Source: Heteronotia binoei (taxonomy: Eukaryota). Taken from it: a stretch of 64,000 nt of DNA. A model generated the notes under the pieces. The model worked only from the letters and a program-made list of their open reading frames with translations, ran no database searches and was not told where the DNA came from. Shown piece after piece: positions 45,572 to 56,071 of the stretch; position 1 is the stretch's first letter, and every line of letters starts with the position of its first letter. The stretch lies in assembly GCF_032191835.1 (NCBI RefSeq), contig NC_083236.1:11098001-11162000 (forward strand). Direction: 5' to 3'. Both the position numbers and the translations under genes were made by a program.

Positions 45572-45745
45572 TGTACAAGTACTTATAAACTTCCAGTTCT
45601 GCTGTGGTGCTGTGTCAAAGCATACCCTCAAGGTACTCAGGACACGGCACTGTCCAGTGGGTCATCTTTGACTACTGCTCCTGCACTCAGAACTAGCCCC
45701 AGCTTTGCCCAGTTTGTGGCAGCAGCCTTCACCATTCCTCTAAGG

Positions 45746-45882
45746 CAGGGGTGGCCAACGGTAGCTCTCCAGATGTTTTTTGCCTACAACTCCCATCAGC
45801 CCCAGCCATTGGCCATGCTGGCTGGGGCTGCTGGGAGTTGTAGGCAAAAAAACATCTGGAGAGCTACCGTTGGCCACCCCTG
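45746..45882. mobile_element. Palindromic hAT MITE (13468 family)
   Basis: Near-perfect palindrome; TSD ctctaagg / ctctaggg. Confidence 0.9.
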
Positions 45883-46144
45883 CTCTAGGGGGATAAAAGC
45901 TGGTTAATGGCTGTGGTTTTTTAGAGAGTTAAATGTGAGGCAGAGCTGAACCATGTTGCTCTGCTTGATTAGACCCAGTCTGAGCTTTTTGTTTTCTGGC
46001 TGTTAATCTTTTTGTAGGTTATTTTGCTTCAGTATCCTTGTTGTCCTTGTAGAACTGTAGGATAATGCTGTAGGGGTGATGCTGTAGGATGCACCAAAGC
46101 TCTATGGCTAAACCAGAGCTTTTTTTTTTTTTTTGTAGCAGCTT

Positions 46145-46680
46145 AGGGTTGCCAAGTCCAATTCAAGAAATATCTGGGGACTTTGAGGGTGGAGCCAGGA
46201 GATATTGGGGCGGAGCCAGGAGATATTGGGGCGGAGCCAAGAGCAAGGGTGTGACAAGCGTAATTGAACTTCATGGGAGTTCTGGCCATCACATTTAAAG
46301 GGACTGCACACCTTTTTAAATGCCTTCCTTCCATAGGAAATAATGAAGGATTGGGGCACCTTCTTTGGGGGCTCATAAAATTGGACCCCCTGGTCCAATC
46401 TTTTTGAAACTTGGGAGGTATTTTGGGGAGAGGCACTAGATGATATACTGAAAATTTGGTGCCTCTATCTCAAAAAACAGCCCCCCCAGAACCCCCAATA
46501 CCCATGGATCAATTCCCCATCATTCCCTATGTGAATCATTCATGGAGGTGCATGATCACTGTGGGGGTGGGGCTTCCCCCACCGGCCAGCTGGCTGGGGG
46601 AGGGGGGGAGCCTGTAAAACCAGGGGATCCCCCTCTGGGACCTGGGGATTGGGAAGCCTATAACAGCTACTTCTTTGCAT
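46145..46680. mobile_element. Non-autonomous DNA-transposon-like repeat starting TAGGGTTGCCA; shorter relative at about 53082-53333
   Basis: agggttgcca terminus; the 53082 copy ends ggcaacccta; short internal ggagccaggagatattggggc repeats. Confidence 0.6.
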
Positions 46681-46989
46681 ATTAGACCACACCCCTTTGA
46701 GGTGCCAGCAGACAACACTGGGGAGTACAAGTAAGTCTCCTGCTATAGCAGAATGCCAGCACAAGTTCCAGCTATAATTCTTGGACAAATCTTTCTGATC
46801 ATTAAGCATGCACTTAAAAACCTGGATAAAGGCTACTGTAAACCCATGCCATTTCTGTTCATTATTCTAACTGGTTAGGTTAGAATAATGGAAAATCCAA
46901 AATGGAGGAGAGAACAATGTAATCCTCTTAGGGGTCTCTCTTGGGGAGAATGGCAGAGTATAAGTAAATAATTTATCTGTTCATTAAAC

Positions 46990-47250
46990 CAGTTTGGTGT
47001 AGTGGCTAAGTGTGTGGACCCTTATCTGGGAGAACTGGGTTTGATTCCCCACTCCTCCACTTGCACCTGCTGGAATGACCTTGGGTCAGCCATAGCTCTG
47101 GCAGAGGTTGTCCTTGAAAGGGCAGCTGCTGTGAGAGTCTTCTCAGCCCCACCCACCTCACAGGGTGTCTGTTGTGGGGGAGGAAGGTAAAGGAGATTTT
47201 GAGCCACTCTGAGATTCGGAGGACGGGATATAAATCCAATATCTTCTTAT
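46990..47250 (+). mobile_element. Squam3-like SINE, full length
   Basis: tRNA-like head with A/B boxes; gatataaatccaatatcttctt tail. Confidence 0.88.
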
Positions 47251-48311
47251 ATATTTTGTCCTTAATTTGAATTCTGAGTTTGTCCTGTTTTTAGAAGTGT
47301 TCAGTACAAGGTAAAGAATCTGTTTGGGATTTTCTGTTTGCATACAGATAATAATTTGTGCAGCTTTGTGACTGAGAGAAATAAGGTGTATCTGTGATTC
47401 CTCTTTGGATAGTTAAGCTTTTTACTATAACCATTTTAATTACTGTAATATTTGAGATTTCTGTTGCAAACTTTTATCACTTTGTCCTATTATTATTACT
47501 ACATATAATGTTACAAATCGTTGTACTATGATTGTTTCTCCTTGTTGGCATATAGACTGATTTGTACTGCTACATTTTTAAAAAATATATTGTTATGCCA
47601 ATGAAGATTTTGGATTTGGATTTTTGTACAGCTTTTATATTGAAATAATATTCAGAGTGGTCTACAAAAATTGGAAATGCAGCTACAGAAATAAAACATA
47701 ACAGCACACAAAAAATTAACCAGTCCTAAAACTGCCAAATTGAAACTACTTATAAAATCAAACCATTCAGTCAGTCAGTCAGTTTAGCACGGCCCATTCA
47801 AATTAAAATCAGTCTGATTTCTAATTTTTAATGGCATTAAAATAACATAAAAATTCTGGTGGAAAAGATAACACTCAGCTTGTTTTCTAAAACATGTGCC
47901 TTTTCAAGGAAGATTTTCCTGAACTTCTCAATAATGATTTACTCATGAATATAAGAGTTGAGGCAGCCTTCTGGAGTCACAAAAAGATACATTGGGTCTT
48001 TGAATGCTAATTTTGGGAACACTTTTAGAATCCAAAATTAAATTCTTGCCTGTATGTATTGTTACCACTTAGCAAAGGCTAAAAAGGAGGCCATTTTTGT
48101 AGACTGGGCCAGTCTGGGAACCCGTGCCCGTGTACCTGGTGTGTAAAGGGGGTGTAGGTGTATATTTTATTTCAGTGCTTTATATGTGTGACATAGAAAG
48201 TGACAGTATTGTACTGATAGTTACCTATAATGATCGTAATATCTAGCACTGACCAGAGTTCCTTATTCAGTGATGTATTTTCATCTCAATCTACGATTTT
48301 TATTTTGGCAG

Positions 48312-48439
48312 GTGCCATTTTTTGGTCCTTTATTTGACGGAGCAATCGTGACCTCAGCACTGCTGCCAAATCTTATACGTGCCACATGCATCAATGCCAG
48401 CAGAGCCGTGAAGTCTCTTATAACTCTCTATCAGAGCTT
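48312..48439 (+). CDS. RALGAPA2: RALGAPA2 coding exon ([13 protein letters not shown]...[16 protein letters not shown])
   Basis: ttggcAG acceptor. 128 nt ending agc-tt|GTATCCTTTT. The next exon (expected YEER...) was not found in the window. Confidence 0.93.
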
Positions 48440-48449
48440 GTATCCTTTT
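48440..48449 (+). other. U12-type (minor spliceosome) 5' splice site GTATCCTTTT
   Basis: Exact match to the RTATCCTTT consensus, at the point where RALGAPA2 homology stops (LYQS-F). Confidence 0.85.
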
Positions 48450-48899
48450 CCAATAATTCAATTTGATTCAAGTTCAGGATTGCCACTGTCATGTATGCTT
48501 CTCTTTGCGGTAAGTCTCAGTTACAATGTTGGGTTTTGTCTCTGCTAGAAAGCCTTTCCCAGCAGTCTATTGTACAAATGGCATTGCTTAATTTTAAATT
48601 GATCTGTTTTTATGTAAAGAACAAGGGGTTGGATCCAAACTAGATGGGTTTGTTGGCACAAGGATTTCTGTCCATGAAGCATGGTTTTCTTGCCTCTTTC
48701 CACTTGTAGCAACCCAAAAATGCCCCCCTCCTGTTCTTGGAGGAGACCCAAGGAATATTTCAGCCTGGCATGGGATAGGGGGGAATCACGCTCCATGGGG
48801 GGAAACCCTTGCACCCATGGAAGTATCTATTCCAGATCCTTGCCAAAGCATTTAATGATATATTTAGGCATTGTGTGATTTCCCTTTAAAAAGCAACAG

Positions 48900-48960
48900 A
48901 TCTTCTTCGTGGTCTCTGTGCAGTCCCACACATGGGTTTTCCCGCTGGAACGAACCTCCT
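48900..48960 (+). mobile_element. Isolated DIRS left terminus, truncated against a CR1 fragment
   Basis: atcttcttcgtggtctctgtgcagtcccacacatgggt is identical to 33680-33717. Confidence 0.85.
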
Positions 48961-49860
48961 AAGTATCTCTGATCATGGGATTTTACTCAGCATAGTTCTA
49001 AGTTTATCAAAGTTTGCCTTTCTGAAGTCCAACCTATAAGTCTGACTACGTATAGCTTTTCCCTTCCCTAAGACTGTAAATTCCAAAATCACATGGTCAC
49101 TACTGCCCAGGGTGCCCACTATTTCCACTTCTTCAATCATTTCTTCCTTGTTGGTGAGAATCAAATCCAAGATAGCAGATCCCCTTGTATCCTTCTTCAC
49201 GTTCTGGAAAAGGAAGTTGTCAGCAAGACAAGTCAGAAATCTATTTGACTTTTCATTTTTAGCAGAGTTGGACTTCCAGCAGATGTCTGGGTAATTGAAA
49301 TCTCCCATGATCACTGTATCCCTTCTCTTGGAGAACTTTGCAGTCTGCTGTAGAAGTATCTCATCCAAGTCGTCTGACTGACTTGGTGGTCTGTAGCAGA
49401 CCCCCACAATAATATCACTGTTATTTCTTACTCCTTTTACTTTTACCCAGAGACTCTCAACTGAGCTGCCATGCTCAGATTCACATATTTCCTCACAAGT
49501 ATATACCTCCTTCACATATACTGCTACACCTCCGCCTTTTCTCATTTGCCTGCCCCTTTTAAATAAGTTGTACCCCTGAATCCTAATATTCCAGTTGTGA
49601 GTGTCATCCCACCAAGTTTCAGTAAGGCCTGTTATGTCATTTCCTTTTGTAGGGCTTCCAGTTCCTCCTGTTTGTTTCCCATACTCTGTTCATTAGTGTA
49701 GAGACATCAGAATCCACGTTTTATGCATCCCGAGGGTTTAGTTTCCGTACAAGCCTGCAAGTTAACATTACCTAGCGTCTGCACCACTCTTTGCACATCT
49801 GTAATGTTCTTATCCCCAGTTTCTGGCATCATACGAGGCTTTGAATTATTGTCTCAGTCC
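48960..49860 (-). mobile_element. CR1 AP-endonuclease fragment
   Basis: GGGVAVYVKE, GVCYRPP, MGDFNYPDICW, ILDLILTN and SDH motifs. Confidence 0.92.
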
Positions 49861-50629
49861 CACATGCAATTGATTGCATGGGAATGATGCATCTGTTTAC
49901 ATTTTAAAAGCAGAAGTCTCTTCATGCAGAGATACAATGCTCATGAGCATATAACTTTTTCCTGCATTTTGTTTGACACAACACCTATTTTTCTCCCTGC
50001 CTTCTGTCTTTGTCAAGGGGTAGAAGATGTAGCTTGTCACCTGCAGTTTCTGTCCAGCCTGTTGTAACCAGAAAACTGCTAGGCATGTTAGGGTGTGAAT
50101 CAGAATTGTCCACACCAATCACTGCAGTGTCCTGATGAACATTACAAGAGCTCTGATAGGTGGTGTAAAGGAGTCCTGACCTTCATTTTGAAATGCAATT
50201 TCCCTACTGGAGTAGATCAATAGCTTGGTTGTCTGTCACTGTGGCTTGCTTCCCTTCTCACACTGAGAATGTTCTCCAGGCGGCAATCGATAGCTGTAAT
50301 CTGTTCCTGCTGGTAAGGACGTGCAAGGCTTTTAGGGTGGAATTAACACTGGATTTTCTCTGTATGCCAGAAGATTTACTTAAAATTATTACGTTTCATA
50401 AATTCTGTGAAGGCCTCAGCGTACACCTCAGAGGTGGACAGGCAATTTCATGTTGTGTAAGTTGGCATTCCATTTCAGCCTTTGGAATTTCATTTATTTA
50501 TTTTATTTTATTTACTTTAGATTTATATGCCACCCACTCTGCAAGTGGACTCTATTAAATATGTATATTAGCTTTGAGCATACAGTTCTCTGCATTTACA
50601 TAATCTCAGTTATGATTTCTTCCTTTTAT

Positions 50630-51390
50630 AATCATAGAGTTGGAAGGGAATTCCAGGGTCATCTAGTCCAACCCCCTGCACAACAAAGGAAACTCACAAG
50701 CATCTCCCCCTAAATTCACAGGATCGTCATTGCTGTCAGATGGCCATCTAGCCTCTGTTTAAAAACCTCCAAGGAAAGAAAGCCCACCACCTCCCGAGGA
50801 AGCCTGTTCCACTGAGGAATCGCTCTAACGGTCAGGAACTTCTTCCTAATGTTGAGCAAAAAAATCTTTTGATTTAATTTCAACCCATTAGTTCTGGTCC
50901 TATCATCTGGGGCTACAGAAAACAATTCCACACCCTCCTCTATATGACAGCCCTTCAAGTACTTGAAGATGGTGATCATATCACCTCTCAGCCGCCTTCT
51001 CTCCAGGCTAAACATGCCCAGCTCCTTCAACCTTTCTTCATAGGACTTGGTCTCCAGACCCCTCACCATCTTTGTCGCCCTCCTCCGGACCCGTTCCAGC
51101 TTGTCTATATCCTTCTTAAAATGTGGTGCCCAAAACTGAATACAATACTCCAAGTGAGGGCTTACCAGAGCAGAGTAAAGCGATACCATCACTTCACATG
51201 ATCTGGGCACTATACTTTTGTTGATACAGCCCAAAATTGCATTTGCCTTTTTAGCCACCGCATCACACTGTTGACTCATATTCAGTGTATGGTCCACTAA
51301 GACCCCTAGATCCTTTTCACACATACTACTGCTAAGACAAGTCTCTCCAGTCCAATAACTATGCATTGGATTTTTCCTACCTAAATGCAT
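50630..51390 (-). mobile_element. CR1 3' end (RT C-terminus and 3'UTR)
   Basis: PHLEYCIQFWAP and LRGDMITIFKYLKG; ctatgatt tail. Confidence 0.92.
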
Positions 51391-51613
51391 TGTTGGCTTT
51401 GATTCATCACACAAAATTCAGTGCTGCTTTCTTTTCAGATCGTACATGGAAATTTTAAATTTTAGAATCCATGAAACAAATACAATGGAAAGCAAGGACT
51501 TTTTTCTACCAGATAAGAGTCCTCTAGTATTCTTACGTGTGTATGTTTCTTTGTTGTTAAGTGACCCCACCCGCAAAGGTAACTTCAGTGGTGTTCAAGT
51601 TTGCCTCTTGGAC

Positions 51614-51826
51614 TTTTTTTTTTTTGCCCTCAAGTCACAGCTGACTTACGGCAACCCCACAGGCTTTTCAAGGCAAGAGACATTCAGAAGTGGCTTTCCA
51701 TTGCCTGCTTCTGTGCAGCAGCCCTGGACTTCCTTGGTGGTCTCCCATCCAAGCACTAACTTGGGCTGACCCTGCTTAGCTTCTGGGACCTGACAAGTTC
51801 AGGCTAGCCTGGCCCATCCAAGTCTC
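51614..51826 (-). mobile_element. 5S rRNA-derived SINE (SINE3 type) with an RTE-like 3' body and A-tail
   Basis: ggtctcccatccaagcactaac...gaccctgcttagcttc is the reverse complement of the 5S internal control region; the body is not 5S. Confidence 0.85.
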
Positions 51827-51844
51827 TTGCCATACCAACCTATT

Positions 51845-52890
51845 ATTTTCTTTAAAATTCCTCCTTCTCTAGGTAAGAGGTGTCTGTGAGACTTTGACGG
51901 CATTGCAGGCCGTGGCAACTTGGCTAAGGCTGAGTGGGTTGAAGCTGAATCCGACGAAGACAGAGGTCCTTTGCGTGGGTCGGGGCGCTTTGGGGAGGGA
52001 AATGCCTCTCCCGGTTTTTGACGGGATGCCACTGAAAGCGGCGCACCGGGTCAGGAGCTTGGGAGTTCTACTGGAGCCTTCACTATCAATGGAGGCCCAG
52101 ATAGCAGCCACTGCCAAGTCGGCTTTCTTTCATCTAAAGCGGGCAAGGCAGTTGGCCCCCTTCCTAGAGCGTCGGGACCTAGCAACAGTGATCCATGCAA
52201 CAGTCACCTTGAGATTGGATTACTGTAATGCCCTCTACATGGGGCTGCCTCTGTGCCAAACCCGGAGGTTGCAGTTGGTGCAGAACACAGTGGCTAGGCT
52301 GCTATTGGAGCTCCCGAAGTGGGAGCACATACAGCCGGGGCTGCGCGGACTGCACTGGTTGCCAGTTACATACCGGATTTGTTACAAAGTGCTGGTTATT
52401 ACCTTTAATGCCCTATATGGCCGAGGACCTGCCTACCTGAGGGACGGTCTTTCCCCATATGAACCCCAGAGAGCACTGAGGTCAGCAGGGAAGAACCAAC
52501 TGACCATCCCCGGGCCGAAGGAGGCAAAACTGCAGAGTACTCGTATGCGGGCCTTCTCTATCGTAGCTCCACACCTATGGAACCAGCTCCCAGAAGAAGT
52601 GCGGGCCCTGCGGAACCTTGAACAGTTCCGCAGGGCATGCAAGACCATCCTTTTTGGGATGGCCTTTACCGATTAAATGACAGAGGGACTCGCCTAAGTG
52701 ATTTTCGCCATCATGCTTATTGGAAATAGCACCAGAATGTTAATTTTAAATTTTAAATTAGACTGTTCTAAAGCTAGATACTGATTTTAAATACTTATTG
52801 TATAATCTATTGTATTTGATGTTGTTAGCCGTCCTGAGCCTGCTTCGGCGGGGAGGGCGGGATATAAATAAAATGTTGATTGATTGATTG
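51845..52890 (+). mobile_element. L2-clade LINE 3' fragment
   Basis: LKLNPTKTE, RLDYCNALY and LHWLP motifs; 3'UTR ttagccgtcctgagcc...taaataaa. Confidence 0.9.
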
Positions 52891-54937
52891 ACTGCGAGGC
52901 TTTGAAACAGCACTATTTGTAAGAATTATTCAGTACTTCATTTATCCTCCTGCCTTTCCCCTCTCTTCCTATTACTATTTATTACTAAGCTACTAGCCCA
53001 TTAACAGTGCTAAGAGGGGCTACAGTATTCTAAGCCTGTTCATTTAGAAGAGTGTAATTGTTAGTCACTTTTCTCATTATAAGGTTGCCAGTTCCAGGTT
53101 GGAAAATACCTGGAGATTATGGGGGTGGAACCTGAGGAGGGTGGGGATTACGGAAGGGAGAGACTTCAATGAAATATAATGCCACAGAGTCCATCTTCCA
53201 AAGCAGCCATTTTCCCCAGGTGAACTGATTTGTCAGTCAAAACATTTATTGGCATAGAAACTGATCTGTCTTGCCTGGAGAGCAGTTGTAATACTGGGAG
53301 CTCTTCAGCCACCACCTGGAGGTGGGCAACCCTATCTCACTGATTGTTTAAGATATTAATGATTCAGATAGAGAACTAACAAATAAACTTGCCTCCAAAA
53401 ACAATTTCAAAAAAGAAAAGTGGGTTTGTGGTGATGGTATTGCACTTTTGTTAAGACTCGTAGCGGCTTGTTTTGATAGCCTTAAAAATCCATCACATTT
53501 TGGCCAACAAGTAGTCTCCATCAATACATCAGTATCTGCTGTGCTGTCATGATGCCTGGGATCTTGTGACATTTTAGCATTTCTGTGCCAAACTACATTT
53601 ATATCCCACTAGATTTAAAGAGAGTTCACACCCCATGCCGTGTTGTCATTTCTCAAAATATGCATGTCTATGCAGCATGAAGATTTGCTGTTTTGCCATG
53701 ATCAGTACTCTGAATTTCACTGTGAAATGTGCTTGGTCAATACATGATAAAAATGCAGGGATGGGATCCAAACACGCAGGAAACCCAGCTGGGGGTGGTG
53801 GTAGATCAGTGGTTCTGAGAGGCTTTGAAACAGCACTATTTGTAAGAATTATTCAGTACCTCGTTTATCCTCCTGCCTTCCTCTCTCTTCATATGCTTGT
53901 ATACCAGCCTATGAGAGCTATAATTCAGTTCCATGATGAGATTAGCTTTAGTGACAAGGTTTAAGTAAAGAAAAACAGCTTCTTTTGCATTAAAGGCCAT
54001 GTAGGAAACTTCTCATATACTGCCTATTCTCATGTAGATTTTGATTTGTGTGACTGTCTGATTTTGATTTGCCTGGCTCTCAAGTTTCTCAACAAGTACA
54101 TCAAGCTGTGTCACTTTCGCGTGGAAGCCTTGAGACTCATTATGGTTTCTCTTCAACCTGGTGAGTTCTTCGCATCCATAGACCTGGCAGAAGCATAGCT
54201 ATATGCTCCAATACATCAGTTTCACAAACACTTCCTTTGGTTTGTAGTGGACGACCAACGTGTTCCGTACCAGCCTATGCCCTTTGGACTCTCCACAGAT
54301 CCCAGAGTCTTCTCAGAGCTCCTGATAAATCCAGCAGTTCATCTCAGGAAATTTAGACAATCTGTTAATCCAATAAAGCCAAGTCTCTCCAGGATACAGA
54401 ACTGATGCTCCTATGCCTGCAGGAACATGGATTCCTGGTGATCTTGTGCACTCCAAGCAACCCAAAGGATCAAACATCTGGGAACTATGATTGATTCCTT
54501 GACCAACTCTCTGTTCCTTCCACTGTCCCAGATTAGAAAGATTCAAGAAACAGCCACAGTAGTTATTCAGAGTCAGTTGTCATCCCTCCTGTCCCTGTCC
54601 AACTCATGGGTCTCCTGGTGTCCTCCATTGACAATGTCCAGTGGGCACATCTCCATGCCAGGCCCCTGAAACTCTTTTGCATCCACATCAGCTTCCAATC
54701 ATGGAGAAACTGGAGCTTTCTAGTCCCATCAGCAGTCAAGACCCATCTTCTGTGGTGGACAGAGATAAACAATCTACACCAGGGCAAGGTATTCCTATGT
54801 TCAAGGAGCTATCCACAGATGCCAGCCTCCAGGAATGGGGAACAGTTCTGCAGGAAGTTCCTGCTCATGGACAGTGGTCTCCAGTGGAACAGCTATCAAT
54901 CAGCCTACTAGAGCTCAGGGCAATTCACCTGACCCTG

Positions 54938-55468
54938 TGTCATGAGCCCTGAGGAGGGGGAGCTGGAAGGGTTAACAGACCAGGAAGAGCCGGCAGCTGG
55001 CCCATCAATCACACCCTCCCCATTCCAGGCACCCACACCGGCTGTTGACAATCAGTCTCTTCCAAGCTCTCCCCCTCCCATCTCAAGGATGTGCACCCGT
55101 CTTCAACAAACGCTGGCAGAGCGCAGACATGCAGCTCGCCAATGCTTCTGATCTATTAGCCCTGAATACTAGGAGAACTACGGCCACCCAAGGAGCCGGC
55201 TGATTGAGGCTCCCATATAACTCACGCCCGGGACTTGGCAACCTTGTGGAAGCAACAAGTCGATTCCCTGGCTTGCATCCACGCTCCTTCCTGATTCCAG
55301 TTCCTGACTGGTCTGAATTCCTAGGCACCCTGACCCTTTGGCTTTGGACACTGACTTCTCCTTCTGGTTTGCGATTTTGCTGTGGTGACTCGACTCCTGA
55401 CTGACTCCTTGAACTTTGACTTCGGACCGGCTTTAGACTCCCTCCTGCCTGCACCCTGAGACGTGACA
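54938..55468 (+). mobile_element. Solo LTR (Gypsy-like), 531 bp, inserted in the RNase H region of DIRS copy C
   Basis: TGTCA...TGACA termini; perfect 5-bp TSD CCCTG. Confidence 0.9.
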
Positions 55469-55565
55469 CCCTGAACTATTTCACTTCCAGCCTTATCAAC
55501 CAGCATATCCTAATTCGAACTGACAATATATCTGTGAAGGCATATTTGAACAAGTGGGGAGGCTC

Positions 55566-55810
55566 CAGTTTGGTGTAATGGTTAAGTGCACGGATTCTTA
55601 TCTGGGAGAACCGGGTTTGATTCCCCACTTCTCCACTTGCACCTGCTGGAATGGCCTTGGGTCAGCCATAGCTCTGGCAGAGATTGTCCTTGAAAGGGCA
55701 GCTGCTGTGAGAGCCCTCTCCAGCCCCACCCACCTCATAGGGTGTCTGTTGTGGGGGAGGAAGGTAAAGGAGATTGTGAGCCGCTCTGAGACTCTTCGGA
55801 GTGGAGGGCA
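55566..55810 (+). mobile_element. Squam3-like SINE running into the assembly gap
   Basis: Near-identical to 46990-47250. Confidence 0.88.
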
Positions 55811-56071
55811 NNNNNNNNNNNNNNNNNNNNNNNNNNNNNNNNNNNNNNNNNNNNNNNNNNNNNNNNNNNNNNNNNNNNNNNNNNNNNNNNNNNNNNNNNN
55901 NNNNNNNNNNNNNNNNNNNNNNNNNNNNNNNNNNNNNNNNNNNNNNNNNNNNNNNNNNNNNNNNNNNNNNNNNNNNNNNNNNNNNNNNNNNNNNNNNNNN
56001 NNNNNNNNNNNNNNNNNNNNNNNNNNNNNNNNNNNNNNNNNNNNNNNNNNNNNNNNNNNNNNNNNNNNNNN
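55811..56071. other. Assembly gap (261 N)
   Basis: Run of N. Confidence 1.

Noticed and set aside
48270-48548. 92-aa ORF reading through LYQSLYPF
   Set aside because: Exon plus intron readthrough; homology stops at the U12 donor at 48440.
51730-51815. 5S rRNA gene
   Set aside because: Partial, diverged and fused to a SINE body with an A-tail.
53880-53965. Candidate next RALGAPA2 exon (RAIIQFHDE resembles EAIIQNHRE)
   Set aside because: No U12 branch site or acceptor, no YEER or TFEDF motif, and it stops early; chance similarity.
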